NCBI GenBank assembly: GCA_965205505.1
Contig: CBDBHB010000009.1
Coordinates: forward strand, 736,001-800,000
Direction of reading: 5' to 3'
DNA from: Acidobacteriota bacterium
Lineage (GTDB): Bacteria > Acidobacteriota > UBA890 > WLXD01
Length of the DNA stretch: 64,000 nt
The translations under genes were made by a program, and so were the position numbers. The notes below the pieces were generated by a model, which was not told the origin of the DNA, searched no databases, and saw nothing but the letters and a program-made list of their open reading frames with translations. Below, one piece after another: positions 1-10,740 of this stretch (the first letter of the stretch is position 1; the number at the start of each line of letters is the position of its first letter).

Positions 1-1542
1 GCTCTGTCGCCAGCCGCGGCCTGCCCCCGCTGGTGCCCTCTTGATCACGTAATCCATCGTCGCGTCGCCGGTGGCCTCGACCATGTCGTTGATGTACGGA
101 AGCGTGTGCGACGCGGCGTAGAAAACGCCGGTCTCCGGATCGAACGCCGGCGTGTGCCAGTTCGCCGCACCCCAGGTTCCCGGTACCACGATCGTTCCGT
201 TCGCCGCCTCGTCCGCCAACGACGGCGGCGTGAAGATCGGACCGGTGACGTACTGATTCATGATCCTGAGTGCCTCGGCCCTGAGCTCGGGCGTGAAGTC
301 GATCAGGTCGTCCTCGGTCAAGCCCTGACGGTCGAACGGTGGCGGCTTGGTCGGAAACGGCTGCGTCGGCGAGGTCTGCTCGCCCGGAACCGTCGACTGC
401 GGCACAGGCCGCTCTTCGATCGGCCACACCGGCTCGCCCGTCTCCCGATCAAAGACGTAGACAAACCCGGTCTTGTTGGGCTGCATCACCGCCTTGATCT
501 GCTTGCCATCGACCGTGATGTTACCGAGAACAGGGGCGCCGATGTTGTCGTAGTCCCACAGATCGTGATGAACCATCTGGAAATGCCAAACGCGCTTGCC
601 AGTCTTGGCGTCGATGGCCACAAGGCTGTCAGCGTACAGGTTGTCCCCGGGCCGGTGGCCGCCGTAGAGACTGTTGCTGGGAGCGGTCAGCGGCACATAC
701 ACGTAGCCGAGCTCTTCGTCGGCGCTGAGCCCGCCCCAGGCACCCATGGCGCCCCCGTACCACCACGAGTCGCCCCAGGTGTCGTCGCCGAACTCACCCG
801 GCCGCGGCCTCACGTGGAACGTCCACACGAGCTCGCCCGTACGCACGTCGTAACCCCGTACGTCCTCCGGAGCAGCTTCTTTCTTGTTTCCGAAGTCGCC
901 ACCGCCACCACCGTTCCCGGCGACGACCACAACATCGCCGACGACGACCGGGGCGGCGATCGACCAGCTGTATTCTGCCCACGGCAAGTCGCGGTGAAGG
1001 TCGACGCGCCCGTTTTCGCCGAAGTCGGGGTAGTAGGCGCCGGTTCTGGCGTTGAGGGCATAGAGATACCGGCGCCTCGCCACGAACACCCGCCGGTCGG
1101 TGCCACTCTCCCAGTAGTCGAGGCCGCGGGAGCTCGAACCGCTCATGCCCTCCGGGGTGCTGTCGAACGGCTCCTGTTCCCAGACCGTCTTGCCGGTTCC
1201 GGCGTCGAAGGCCTCCACCAGCCCAACGCCGTTGGGGGCGTAGAGCACCCCACCGACCATGATCGGCGTCGACCGCAGGTTGTCGTTGACGTTGAGATCG
1301 GGGAACGCCTGTTTCAGCTGGGCGGTTACCTTGGGGCGACGCCAGAGAATCTCGAGATCGCCGACGTTGTCGAGATTGATCTGATCGAGAGGCGAGTACC
1401 TCGTGAACCCCTTGTCACCGCCGTAGTAGTGCCACTCGCCCACCGGCTCCGGCACGCTCTCCTGCGCCCGAGCTAACAGGCCAGTCGCCATGACAAGGCC
1501 CACACACAGAGCCGTCCTGATCGATTGTTGGATCCCCAGCAT
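1..1542 (-). CDS. PQQ-dependent (glucose/quinate-type) dehydrogenase, 3' part runs off the window
   Basis: Not in the ORF track. Minus-strand ATG at 1542 after AGGAGGTG; reads MLGIQQSIRTALCVGLVMATGLLARAQ...GEWHYYGGDKGFTRYSPLDQIN, later WHFQMVHHDLWDYD, typical quinoprotein motifs. The + ORF 106..1476 is its antisense shadow. Confidence 0.9.
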   Translation of the reverse strand, partial: MLGIQQSIRTALCVGLVMATGLLARAQESVPEPVGEWHYYGGDKGFTRYSPLDQINLDNVGDLEILWRRPKVTAQLKQAFPDLNVNDNLRSTPIMVGGVLYAPNGVGLVEAFDAGTGKTVWEQEPFDSTPEGMSGSSSRGLDYWESGTDRRVFVARRRYLYALNARTGAYYPDFGENGRVDLHRDLPWAEYSWSIAAPVVVGDVVVVAGNGGGGGDFGNKKEAAPEDVRGYDVRTGELVWTFHVRPRPGEFGDDTWGDSWWYGGAMGAWGGLSADEELGYVYVPLTAPSNSLYGGHRPGDNLYADSLVAIDAKTGKRVWHFQMVHHDLWDYDNIGAPVLGNITVDGKQIKAVMQPNKTGFVYVFDRETGEPVWPIEERPVPQSTVPGEQTSPTQPFPTKPPPFDRQGLTEDDLIDFTPELRAEALRIMNQYVTGPIFTPPSLADEAANGTIVVPGTWGAANWHTPAFDPETGVFYAASHTLPYINDMVEATGDATMDYVIKRAPAGAGRGWRQS

Positions 1543-1736
1543 CGCGACACCTCCTGGTTACTGATTCCCTAGGTCGTTGAACGTCTGCCCCCCGGGCGCC
1601 CGAGCAATGCTAGACGTCTTCCGCACAACACTCCATTCGCGCGACATCGCCCAGCGAACCATCAGGGAGGTGCCGCAGGCAAAACAGTTGCCATTGCTTG
1701 AAGAACTCTGGCCCATCAGCGTTGTGCAACACCGTG

Positions 1737-2706
1737 CTAGAAGGTTGCGATTGGATTCAGTGGCGATCCCGTTCCGCCGGGAACACGCAGGGGCGCCGCC
1801 GTCAGCAGAAACTCCCAACGGTTCTGCCGTGCTGCTTCCGCCGCGACGTCTTCGAGATCGAGGTTGTCGAAGATCGGCATGCCCAGTGCCACGAGTGCCA
1901 GGACGTGGACCGGATGGGTCTCGCCTTCGACACCGGATGGGAACACGTCGGCGGCCGAGTCGCTTCCGAGCATCGCGACGCCGCGCTCCTTGAGCCACTT
2001 GATCGTCGAGGCATGGAGTCCTGCCTCTTGCTCCGCGACGGCCCATGGGCCGTTCTCGTCTCGCAGAGCCCACCGCCCGGTGCGAATCAGTAGCACGTCT
2101 CCCTCGCCCACAGTGACCTGCGCTTGCCGCTCCCAGGCCTCCAGATCTTCGATGTAGATCGGGGTACCGCTGGCGAGGTAGGAAACGTTCTTGAGCCGCG
2201 GGATATCCATGAGAATGCCGCGCGCAAAGATGCCGTCGCGAGCTGCCGTCACCGCCAGCTGCCCGCATCCGGCCTCGGTCACGCTGCTGCGGGCATAGCC
2301 GTTGTACGTCGTCCCATCGTGAAAGCGATGGCAGAGCGCGTCCATGTGGCTGTGAGCATATCCGTGGAAGACCACACCGATGTTGTCGACGGCCCAGGGT
2401 CCCTCAGTGGCGCCATGCAGCAGCATCTCGTGGCGATAGGGATTGCCGTTATCGGGACTGCTCTCGGTGAGCGTGTTATGCGCCATCGATACCGAGATGC
2501 CCTTTGTTACCAAGGCCGCGGCTGCTTTTTGCTTCTCCGGCGTGATGAGATTCAGGGTGCCGAGCTGGTCGTTGTCTCCCCAGCGTCCCCAGTTGGAGAG
2601 CTCCGTCATCCAACGGTTCATAGGTAGCGCGATCCACCGGTGTCGGTCCCTGTGCCGAAAGCGGCGTTGCCAAGAGCAGAACCAACCCAGCCGTCCAAAT
2701 CTTCAT
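1737..2706 (-). CDS. Cyclase family (kynurenine formamidase-like) metal hydrolase with signal peptide; +1 frameshift near 2615
   Basis: NWGRWG, HGYAHSHMDALCH and GSPLNPIA motifs in 1737..2621. The signal peptide MKIWTAGLVLLLATPLSAQ (ATG 2706, GGAGG RBS) lies in another frame and joins at GAA-C-CGT-TGG. Confidence 0.85.
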
Positions 2707-2905
2707 CGTCTTCACGAGACCTCCCGACGGATTCGATGCTGTGCGTCGCAGACTCTTTGCGACCGACTCCTGATCATGAGTACGGTGACGTTTGCAGTAC
2801 ACGCCGGCCCCAGCGTGGATGGTCGAGGGCGTGCCGTTCTTGAAGAAGGAGCACGGCGCCTGGAGGCGGGGACAAGGCGGCTAGTGGCGCATGAGCCGCG
2901 GCGTA

Positions 2906-3271
2906 TCAATGCCGGCGCGGGCCGGTGAGCTGGTCGTAGGCTTCTTGAACCTCTTTGAACTTCTCGCCGGTTAGCTCCACCAGCTCCGGGCCGAGGTGTG
3001 TGACGCGGTCTGGATGGTACTTGCTGGCAAGATTGAGGTAGGCGGCACGGACCTCATCGTCGTTAGCGCTCGCGTCCAACGCGAGGATCTTCAATGCCTT
3101 GCTGCGCTCGCTTCGTTGCCTCGGGCGTGTAATCCGATGGCCGGCGCCCTGTTTGCCTGGGGGCGAGAAAGGACCATCGCCGGCGCGCCGCGAGCCGAGC
3201 CCGAAGATTCGGTCGAGGATCCGGAAGAACATCCAGACGAAGACGAGCGAGATGATTGCTCGTAAGAACAT
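2906..3271 (-). CDS. Small membrane-anchored J-domain (DnaJ/DjlA-like) protein
   Basis: N-terminal hydrophobic helix; C-terminal J domain with YHPD motif and FKEVQEAY. Confidence 0.85.
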   Translation of the reverse strand: MFLRAIISLVFVWMFFRILDRIFGLGSRRAGDGPFSPPGKQGAGHRITRPRQRSERSKALKILALDASANDDEVRAAYLNLASKYHPDRVTHLGPELVELTGEKFKEVQEAYDQLTGPRRH

Positions 3272-3374
3272 CGGTCAACAATATCCTTGCTTGAAACTAG
3301 TGTCCTGTAACAGAGGTTCGTTGCATATTGCTGGGTCCCGTTCGCGTCAGTAGCAAGAGGCGATGGTCATCGGC

Positions 3375-5051
3375 TCAACGGTTGATCTCGTACGCGTGCC
3401 CGGTCAGTTGCCAGCGCACCATCGACACCGGGATCACCCCCACCGCGGCGAACTCGTCCATGAAGCTGCGTAGCGAGAATTCGTCGCCGCGCTGGATGGC
3501 GCGCTCTGCCAGGAGCCGCTCGATCTCGATCTTGCCGATCAAGTAGCTGGTCCCGTAGCCGGGTTGCGTGAGGTAGAAATGCTCCTCGCCCTGGATCGTG
3601 TCGCCGTCGGCCGGCAGCCAGCCACGCGGCACCCACTCAGAGGCGAAGTCGCAGGCCTCCTGATGGGTCCATTCCTGCCCGTGCTGCATCAGGCCGCCGA
3701 GGGCCCGGGCGGCGCGTTGGGCCAGCAAGATCCAGATCAGCTCGCGGGCACGAGGCTTATCGTCGAAGGCGCCGGCGTGCATCATCATTTCCTCGACGCC
3801 CGTGGCCATTCCCTCCGAACGTCCGTCGTAGATGTTGAACAGCGCCGGAACGCGGCGAATCGGGCTCTCGTGCGGCTCCTCTCGCATCCTCGCCAGGTCG
3901 AACCAGTGGTAGCCGTGCGTGCGCATGACCTCGCCGTCTCGATATTCCACCTCAGAGAAGAAGCCGCGCAGACCATCCGGCCTTGTTGGCGGCGCGAATC
4001 TGCCGATCCGCTCGCGCAGCGCGCCATCCATGTAGTCACGGATGGTCAGGATCTCCTCCTCTTGAAGGAAATCCATGTATTCGGTGACCGCCGCGTTGAG
4101 CGCGGCGTCGTAATCCTCGGCGTTCTGCATACGAGTCAGCTGTGGCAGGTGGCGATTGCGGTTCTCCACCAGCCGCAGACTGGCGTGGGCGCGCCACAGC
4201 TCGCGCCGCATCAGCGTCACTTCTTCTTCCCACGTATACGGAACGAGGTGCACGTTGTTCAGGTACCAGGTGTAGTGGTCTTTGCCGACACCCGATATTC
4301 CGGTCTTCGACGGAAGCTCCTGCTCGAGCCACTGAGCGAACCGATCGGTCGCGGCAATCGCGCCTTGCACGGCCGTGTCGAGCGCCGCGCTGGTGCCAGC
4401 CACGTGTTGTCCGAAGATCGCCAGATTACGACTCTGGCCGCGCACCGAGCGGATGCCCAGTCGCCACAGATCGTGCCCCGTACCCACGAGGTTGCGGCGC
4501 GCCTGTTCCAACAGGGACGGGATCACGCGGATCCGCTCGGTGAGCTCAGCGGCGGCGGGCGCCGAAAGCGGATACTCGTAGGTCCAGGTGTCGATCCAGC
4601 CGTGGATAACCGGCCCCTCGTGCGCCGGCACGTCGGACTCCTCCGGGAAGAGCATCACGTAAAACGCCGGGTTGTTGGCCCACGGTCGGCGCACCCGGTG
4701 GTCGAAGTCGAGGCCGTTCATCTCCGCCTTGACCAGTCGCCAATCGATCTGTTGCTCGACCGGCCAGCCGGCGGGCTCGATGGCGTCGAGGCGCTCGTGG
4801 TACGCGCGCAGCTCGCTCTGCTGCTCGGCCATGGCTGCTGCCGTGTAGTCGGGAACCCCGTCGTCGAGCCGCGGCGCCGCGAACTGTCTCCAGTCTTCAA
4901 AGAGCGTCAGCAGGGCTCCGTAGTCGTCCTGGGCGCCGGCCGCGGCCGGCATGGCTGCACCGGCTGCTGGCATGGCTGCACCGAACACGAGCGTTCCGAT
5001 GAGGACGGCGGGCGCGAAAGCCGCACGCGCAGAACGGAGCTCAGCTCTCAC
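3375..5051 (-). CDS. DUF885 family secreted protein (paralog A)
   Basis: Signal peptide, AEMNGLDF...RPW, EGMATGVEE, PGYGTSYLIGK. Start inferred at GTG 5051 after GGAGG. Confidence 0.8.
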   Translation of the reverse strand: MRAELRSARAAFAPAVLIGTLVFGAAMPAAGAAMPAAAGAQDDYGALLTLFEDWRQFAAPRLDDGVPDYTAAAMAEQQSELRAYHERLDAIEPAGWPVEQQIDWRLVKAEMNGLDFDHRVRRPWANNPAFYVMLFPEESDVPAHEGPVIHGWIDTWTYEYPLSAPAAAELTERIRVIPSLLEQARRNLVGTGHDLWRLGIRSVRGQSRNLAIFGQHVAGTSAALDTAVQGAIAATDRFAQWLEQELPSKTGISGVGKDHYTWYLNNVHLVPYTWEEEVTLMRRELWRAHASLRLVENRNRHLPQLTRMQNAEDYDAALNAAVTEYMDFLQEEEILTIRDYMDGALRERIGRFAPPTRPDGLRGFFSEVEYRDGEVMRTHGYHWFDLARMREEPHESPIRRVPALFNIYDGRSEGMATGVEEMMMHAGAFDDKPRARELIWILLAQRAARALGGLMQHGQEWTHQEACDFASEWVPRGWLPADGDTIQGEEHFYLTQPGYGTSYLIGKIEIERLLAERAIQRGDEFSLRSFMDEFAAVGVIPVSMVRWQLTGHAYEINR

Positions 5052-5101
5052 GGTTGCCTCCAGGATCATGTCTCGGATCGGTCGCAGCGGAGCTGTGTGT
5101 C

Positions 5102-6736
5102 TCATCGAGAAGATTCCGGCCATAGCTCTTTGATCTCGTCGTCATGCCCGGTCATCTCCCAGCGGATCAGCGACACGGGGATCACGCCTGCGGTATAGAA
5201 CTCGTCCATGAACTGTTTCACGGTGAAGTCGTCGCCCAACTGCTGTGCTCGGTCGCGGAACAGCTTCATGAAGTGGACCTTACCGACCACCATTTGCGCA
5301 TGCCAGCCGACATGCACCAGGGTAGTCTGCATCTCACCCCACAGGTGAGGGCTGTCATCGAGCAGTTCCCCGTGCGGCGCATTCGCCACGGCAAACTCCA
5401 TCGCCTCCGTCAGGCTCCAATCCCGACTGTGCATATACACGTCTGCGAGCGCCCTGACCGTGCGAAACGCCGCCTGCTCGTAGGCGACTTCTCGTGCTCT
5501 GCGCGGCCGCTCGTCGAGATAGCCTGCGTGCATGAGTAGCTCCTCGAAAGCGAACGCCAGTCCCTCCAGACGGGCGACCGCCATGTCATAGGGCCCTTCG
5601 TGCTCCCTGGCGCCCCGAATGGGCCGGTCGTCGTGTTGGGCTCTGAGCAGGTCGAAGTGGTGCCCCACCATCTCGTGGGTCTCTTCCATGAGCGATTCGC
5701 GGTGCGAAAAATTGAAGAAGTAGTCGTGCGTTTCGGGCCACGGGCGGCGGGTCGCGCGCAATCGACCCTGCCGATAGTCGTCCACCACGATGTAGTCCTG
5801 AACCGTGAAGATCTCGTCGTCGCGGATGAAGCTCATGACACGCTCGAGGGAGCTCAGGACGCTGCGACGACGCTCCTCCTGCGATGTTACGGGCGTAAGC
5901 GGCGGAAGATTGCGATTGCGGTTTTCCTCGAGCTTCTGGAACGTGATGACGCGATTGTCCTCAAGCTCCACGATCGTCCGAATCTCATCCCAGGTATAGG
6001 GAAACAGATAGACGTTCTTCATCATCCAGTTGTAGTTTTCGACTCCGACCCCGGCTGAAGCGGTCATCTCGCTCCGGTTTCCCTCGAGCCAGTCGAGGTA
6101 GCCGTCGATTGCAGCCTCAGCTGCCTGGGCATCGGGTAGAAGATCGGGATGGTATTCGCCGAGCTGGGCGACGAATTCCGCCAACCGATCATCGCCTTGC
6201 TCGAGCTCATGAATCGCGAGGATTGCGAGGTCACCGGGTATTCGGGATAGGTCGCCGCCACCGAGATTCCCTTTTGCCTGCTCGTAGTATTCAGGGATTG
6301 CCCGCAGCCTCGATTGAAACTCGGCAATGCGCTCACCCTCGATAGGCAGGCCGGGGAGCCTACCCAGGCCGCCCCTGCCGCCGGCGTAGAAAGCGGGATC
6401 ACGCACCCATGGACGCAGAACCCGAAGCTCGAACTCGAGCCCGTTCATCTCGGCACGGACCAGGTGGTAGTCGACCTGATCGGCGACCGACCAGCTGCCT
6501 ATGTCGATCGCCGCCAGGCGACGCTGAAAATCCTGTAGGTTGGCAAACCGGGTCTCCATGGCCGAAGCGTAGCCGGATAGATCGCCGCGGTAATCGTCCT
6601 GCGAGAAGGCGCGAAACTCCTCGAAAAGGCCTGAGAGATCTGCGTAACCAGCACCGTCTTGGCCGGAGACGTCGGAGCCGAGTGCGGCGAGGAGGAAGGA
6701 CAGAAGAACAACTCCGGGAACCGATGCGAGTCTCAT
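5102..6736 (-). CDS. DUF885 family secreted protein (paralog B)
   Basis: Start MRLASVPGVVLLSFLL (signal peptide); AEMNGLEF...RPW, THEMVGHH, EGLAFAFEE; clearly similar to paralog A. Confidence 0.8.
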   Translation of the reverse strand: MRLASVPGVVLLSFLLAALGSDVSGQDGAGYADLSGLFEEFRAFSQDDYRGDLSGYASAMETRFANLQDFQRRLAAIDIGSWSVADQVDYHLVRAEMNGLEFELRVLRPWVRDPAFYAGGRGGLGRLPGLPIEGERIAEFQSRLRAIPEYYEQAKGNLGGGDLSRIPGDLAILAIHELEQGDDRLAEFVAQLGEYHPDLLPDAQAAEAAIDGYLDWLEGNRSEMTASAGVGVENYNWMMKNVYLFPYTWDEIRTIVELEDNRVITFQKLEENRNRNLPPLTPVTSQEERRRSVLSSLERVMSFIRDDEIFTVQDYIVVDDYRQGRLRATRRPWPETHDYFFNFSHRESLMEETHEMVGHHFDLLRAQHDDRPIRGAREHEGPYDMAVARLEGLAFAFEELLMHAGYLDERPRRAREVAYEQAAFRTVRALADVYMHSRDWSLTEAMEFAVANAPHGELLDDSPHLWGEMQTTLVHVGWHAQMVVGKVHFMKLFRDRAQQLGDDFTVKQFMDEFYTAGVIPVSLIRWEMTGHDDEIKELWPESSR

Positions 6737-6865
6737 GATCGCTCCAGTGGCTGTCAATGACCGGCCCGAGAGCCGCTGCGGGTTGTGTGGAGACCGTGTC
6801 TTTCTGTTGACATCTTCGTTTGCAATAGGAACGCTTCCGCTTTGACACAACGAAGGAGGTTGCCG

Positions 6866-7261
6866 ATGAAGAAGCTCGTTCCCGCTTGGCTCGCCGCAAC
6901 GATCACGGCGTTTGCCCTGTCTCTCGTCTGGCACTTGCTGTTGATGGCAGATTTCTACGCCGACCATGCTCAGGCCGTGGCCAGGGCAGAGCCCGACTTC
7001 AGATTCATCATCTTGGGCTACGTCGTCCTCGGCCTTCTCATGGCGATCGCCTATCCAATTGGCTACAAGGGCGGCTCTCCGATCGCCGAGGGGTTTCGCT
7101 TCGGCGCCCTCTTCGGCCTCATTTGGATCCTGCCCTGGTCCTTGATCATCGTCGGGATCTGGAACGTGTCGTTTGCGGGAGTCGCAGTCGATGCTCTCTG
7201 GCACGTAGTCGAAGAAGGAATCGCCGGAATCGCCGTAGCATACGCGTATGGGAAGTCGTAA
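6866..7261 (+). CDS. Small four-helix membrane protein (DUF1761-like)
   Basis: ATG after AAGGAGG; four hydrophobic segments. Confidence 0.7.
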   Translation: MKKLVPAWLAATITAFALSLVWHLLLMADFYADHAQAVARAEPDFRFIILGYVVLGLLMAIAYPIGYKGGSPIAEGFRFGALFGLIWILPWSLIIVGIWNVSFAGVAVDALWHVVEEGIAGIAVAYAYGKS

Positions 7262-7423
7262 TCCTGAGACCGGCTGCGTGACCATGGGCGCGGGTGGCCA
7301 ATAGCCTAGCGAGCGGACGTGAGCCCGGAACACCTCGGTCTGCGACCGGGCGATCGTAGACTTGGCCCGGGCGACAGTCGCCAGCGGTGCACCGTTATCT
7401 GCAAGCTAGCCAAAGGAGGAGCC

Positions 7424-10400
7424 ATGCGTCGCCCAGTTGCCGGTGGCAGAGCGGTGGTTCGAAGCGTCGCGATACCGGCTCTAATCCTTCTTGCGTCGCT
7501 GTCATTCGGCGCCGACAGCGACTGGGACGTGACCGATACTGGGCAGCCCTATATCGACGCTGAGTTTACCGTTACGGAGGGCACATGGATGAGCGTCGAT
7601 GTCCATCCCGACGGCGGGAGGATTCTGTTCGACCTACTGGGCGATATCTACAGCATCCCCGAGACAGGCGGTGAGGCGATGTTGTTGCATGGTGGGTCCG
7701 CCATGCAGATCATGCCGAGCTTCAGCCCGGACGGCGGCAAGATCCTTTACCTGAGCGATGCAAGCGGTAGCGACAATATTTGGGTGTCCAATGCAGACGG
7801 CTCCGCGGCGCGCCAGATCACCAACGAGACCACCGACGTGCTCGCCGGACCTGCCTGGGATCCCGGCGGCGAATATGTTGCTGCAGCGAAACGATATGGG
7901 GCATTTCCGAAGGTACGGGCATCGGAAATACGACTGTTTCATCTCGATGGCGGCAGCGGGCGGCTACTTGTCGAGACCCCGGCGAACCAGAGAGACGTGC
8001 ACGAAGCAGAGTTCTCGAATGATGGGCGTTTCTTCTACTACACCGAGCGGGTTGGAAGCCCGAGTATTTTCGTTGATGCGAATCACGCGGGCTTCGCGAT
8101 AAAGCGTAGAAATCTAGCCAGCGGGGCGACGGAAGAGATTCTGCGTGGCCTTGGTGGAGCAACGACCCCGCAGGTGTCGCCGGACGGCAAGCGAGTGGCG
8201 TTCATTCGGCGCGTCAAAGCGAAGACCGTGCTGTTCGAGCTCGATACAGAGACCCGGCAGCAGCGACCGATTTACGATGATCTCGACCGCGACGCCCGCG
8301 CCGACTTCATGCAGCAGAGTGCGTACTATCCGCAATTCGACTGGTTTCCCGACGGCCGTCATGTAGCGATCTGGGGCAAGGGCAAGCTTCTGAAGATCAA
8401 CATGGATACGGCGGCAGCCGAGGAGATTCCGTTCCGCGTTACCGCCCGCCACCGTATTACCAAGACGGCTCGCTTCGAGATCGATCTGGCGCCAGAGCAG
8501 ACGATCGTGCGGGCGGTTCGTCACCTGGCGCCGGCGCCAGATGGAAGCGCCGTCGTCTTCAATGCCCTGGGGCACCTGTGGCAACAGACGCTGCCTGAAG
8601 GAAAGCCGAGTCGGCTGACCGATACCACCGCGTTCGAGGCGGAACCGGTCTATTCGCCGGATGGCGGCTCGATTGCTTACGTCGAGTGGGACGACGAGCG
8701 CGGCAGCTCGCTGAACGTGATTGCCTCTGGCGGCGGGAGCCCCAGGACCGTCGAAAGCAGCAGCGGCGTGATCCGGCAGCCGGCATTTTCGCCACACGGG
8801 GAGCGACTCGTCTATCGAGTCGAGGCTGCCACCAAGCATATGGGCGGCTACCGCGCCAAACCCGGGATCTATTGGGTCTCCATTGCCGACGGCGAGAGCC
8901 ATTTCGTTGCCGAACGGGGATTCACGCCGACCTTCTCGCCGGACGGCCAGCGCATCTTCTATTCCTATATCAGCTCTGACGGCGCCGGCGGCTTCTACTC
9001 CACGGCGACTCGTGTGGGCAAGTTGGAGAGCAGCAACCTGGACGGTTTCGATGTGCGCGAACATGCCTTCGGCACAGACGTTCTGGAGCTGACGTTGAGC
9101 CCAGATCTGGCCTGGCTCGCCTTCAGCTACCACAAGCAGTACTACGTGCTTCCGTACCGGGAAACGGGCGTTCCTCTGGAGGTCAGGTTCCACAGCAACG
9201 CCATGCCGGTAGCAGCGCTGACCGAGTACGGTGGCTACGACCTCGTCTGGAGCGCCGACTCACAGACCGTTCAATGGACGCTGGGATCGTCCTTGTATCG
9301 TGCTTCGGTCGCCGAGCAGTTCGCAGCGCCTGAAGCACCGGCCGCGTCAATCGACCTGGTCGTACCGACCGATGTGCCGGAAGGTGTGCTGGCCCTCACC
9401 AACGCCCGCCTCATAACGATTAACGGCGACGAGGTTATCGAGGACGGCACCGTTGTCGTCGAGGGGAATCGCCTACGGGCGATCGGCGACAGTGATGAGA
9501 TCGCGATCCCCGACGGGGCGACAGTCATCGATGCGAGCGGCAAGACAATCATGCCTGGCCTGGTCGACATGCACGGTCATATCGATTGCTGCTATGCGCC
9601 CGCCGATCTCATGCCGCAGAAGCAACCGCGCCGCTATGCTGCGCTCGCCTACGGTGTAACGACCAACTTCGATCCCTATTCGACCGACATGCCTGCCTAC
9701 GCCATTCACGAAATGAACTTGGCGGGCATCACCGTCGGGCCGCGAGCGGTCAACGTGGGAAGCGTCGTATACGGGCGCTCACAGAAACCCGACTTCGTGT
9801 ACGCACCCATCAACGACTTTGCCGACGCTCAGGCAGTCATGGTTCGCAAGAATGCTCTTGGGGGCGGGATCGTCAAAAGCTACAAGCAGCCGATGCGCAG
9901 CCAGCGCCAGCAGCTTGTCAAAGCCGGCCGCGACGCCGGGATCATGGTCGACGTCGAAGGCGAAAGCCACTTCTACAACAACGTGTCGATGGTGTTGGAC
10001 GGTCATGTTGCTGTGGAGCACAACTTTCCGGTCGCCAACTACTACGACGATCTGGTCCAGCTGTTCGCGCATAGCGAGGTCGCTCACACGCCAACGCTGG
10101 TCGTCGCGTTCGGCGAGCTGTTTGGCGAGAACTTCATCTATCAGACCAAGCGCGCGTGGGATGACCCCAAGGCAAGGACGTACGTCCAGAGAGTAACCGC
10201 GGGTTACAGCCCCATAGCCACTCCCGCCGGGGCCCCGCCTCATGTCCGGGGAATGACCACCATTCACGTGGCGGACGAGCTCTGGGACATCGGTTTCAGG
10301 GCAGTGTCCCGCTCGATGAAGAAGCTCGACGATGCCGGCGTGCTGATCAACGCGGGCTCACATGGGCAGACCGCTGGACTGGCGCTGCACTGGGAAATGT

Positions 10401-10717
10401 GGCTGCTGGCGCAGGGCGGCATGTCCAATCACCGTGTGCTGCGCGCCGCGACGCTCAACGGGGCGATGACAATCGGTCTGGACAAGCAGATAGGCAGTCT
10501 CGAGGAAGGGAAGCTCGCTGACTTGATCGTGCTTGACGAAAACCCGCTGGAAGACATCGAGCACACCAACACGGTTGTGTATTCGATGGTCAATGGCCGC
10601 CTTTACAACTCGCTCAGCATGAACGAGATCGGCAACTACGATCGACCCCGCAGCAAGTTCTACTGGGAGCTCGAGGACAACAACGGTATCGACTGGAATG
10701 AAGCCTGGGCGCAATAG
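7424..10717 (+). CDS. Secreted amidohydrolase with N-terminal TolB/PD40 beta-propeller repeats
   Basis: EGTWMSVDVHPDG, repeated PxFSPDG motifs, MPGLVDMHGH, GSLEEGKLADLIVL; AGGAGG RBS. Confidence 0.92.
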   Translation: MRRPVAGGRAVVRSVAIPALILLASLSFGADSDWDVTDTGQPYIDAEFTVTEGTWMSVDVHPDGGRILFDLLGDIYSIPETGGEAMLLHGGSAMQIMPSFSPDGGKILYLSDASGSDNIWVSNADGSAARQITNETTDVLAGPAWDPGGEYVAAAKRYGAFPKVRASEIRLFHLDGGSGRLLVETPANQRDVHEAEFSNDGRFFYYTERVGSPSIFVDANHAGFAIKRRNLASGATEEILRGLGGATTPQVSPDGKRVAFIRRVKAKTVLFELDTETRQQRPIYDDLDRDARADFMQQSAYYPQFDWFPDGRHVAIWGKGKLLKINMDTAAAEEIPFRVTARHRITKTARFEIDLAPEQTIVRAVRHLAPAPDGSAVVFNALGHLWQQTLPEGKPSRLTDTTAFEAEPVYSPDGGSIAYVEWDDERGSSLNVIASGGGSPRTVESSSGVIRQPAFSPHGERLVYRVEAATKHMGGYRAKPGIYWVSIADGESHFVAERGFTPTFSPDGQRIFYSYISSDGAGGFYSTATRVGKLESSNLDGFDVREHAFGTDVLELTLSPDLAWLAFSYHKQYYVLPYRETGVPLEVRFHSNAMPVAALTEYGGYDLVWSADSQTVQWTLGSSLYRASVAEQFAAPEAPAASIDLVVPTDVPEGVLALTNARLITINGDEVIEDGTVVVEGNRLRAIGDSDEIAIPDGATVIDASGKTIMPGLVDMHGHIDCCYAPADLMPQKQPRRYAALAYGVTTNFDPYSTDMPAYAIHEMNLAGITVGPRAVNVGSVVYGRSQKPDFVYAPINDFADAQAVMVRKNALGGGIVKSYKQPMRSQRQQLVKAGRDAGIMVDVEGESHFYNNVSMVLDGHVAVEHNFPVANYYDDLVQLFAHSEVAHTPTLVVAFGELFGENFIYQTKRAWDDPKARTYVQRVTAGYSPIATPAGAPPHVRGMTTIHVADELWDIGFRAVSRSMKKLDDAGVLINAGSHGQTAGLALHWEMWLLAQGGMSNHRVLRAATLNGAMTIGLDKQIGSLEEGKLADLIVLDENPLEDIEHTNTVVYSMVNGRLYNSLSMNEIGNYDRPRSKFYWELEDNNGIDWNEAWAQ

Positions 10718-10740
10718 TGAACGGAGGAGGGATCGGAGAG

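Noticed and set aside
106-1476. 456-aa + strand ORF
   Set aside because: Antisense shadow of the minus-strand PQQ dehydrogenase; Arg-rich with no motifs.
3564-5198. 544-aa + strand ORF and similar long overlapping ORFs throughout the window
   Set aside because: Antisense to well-supported genes, with no family motifs.
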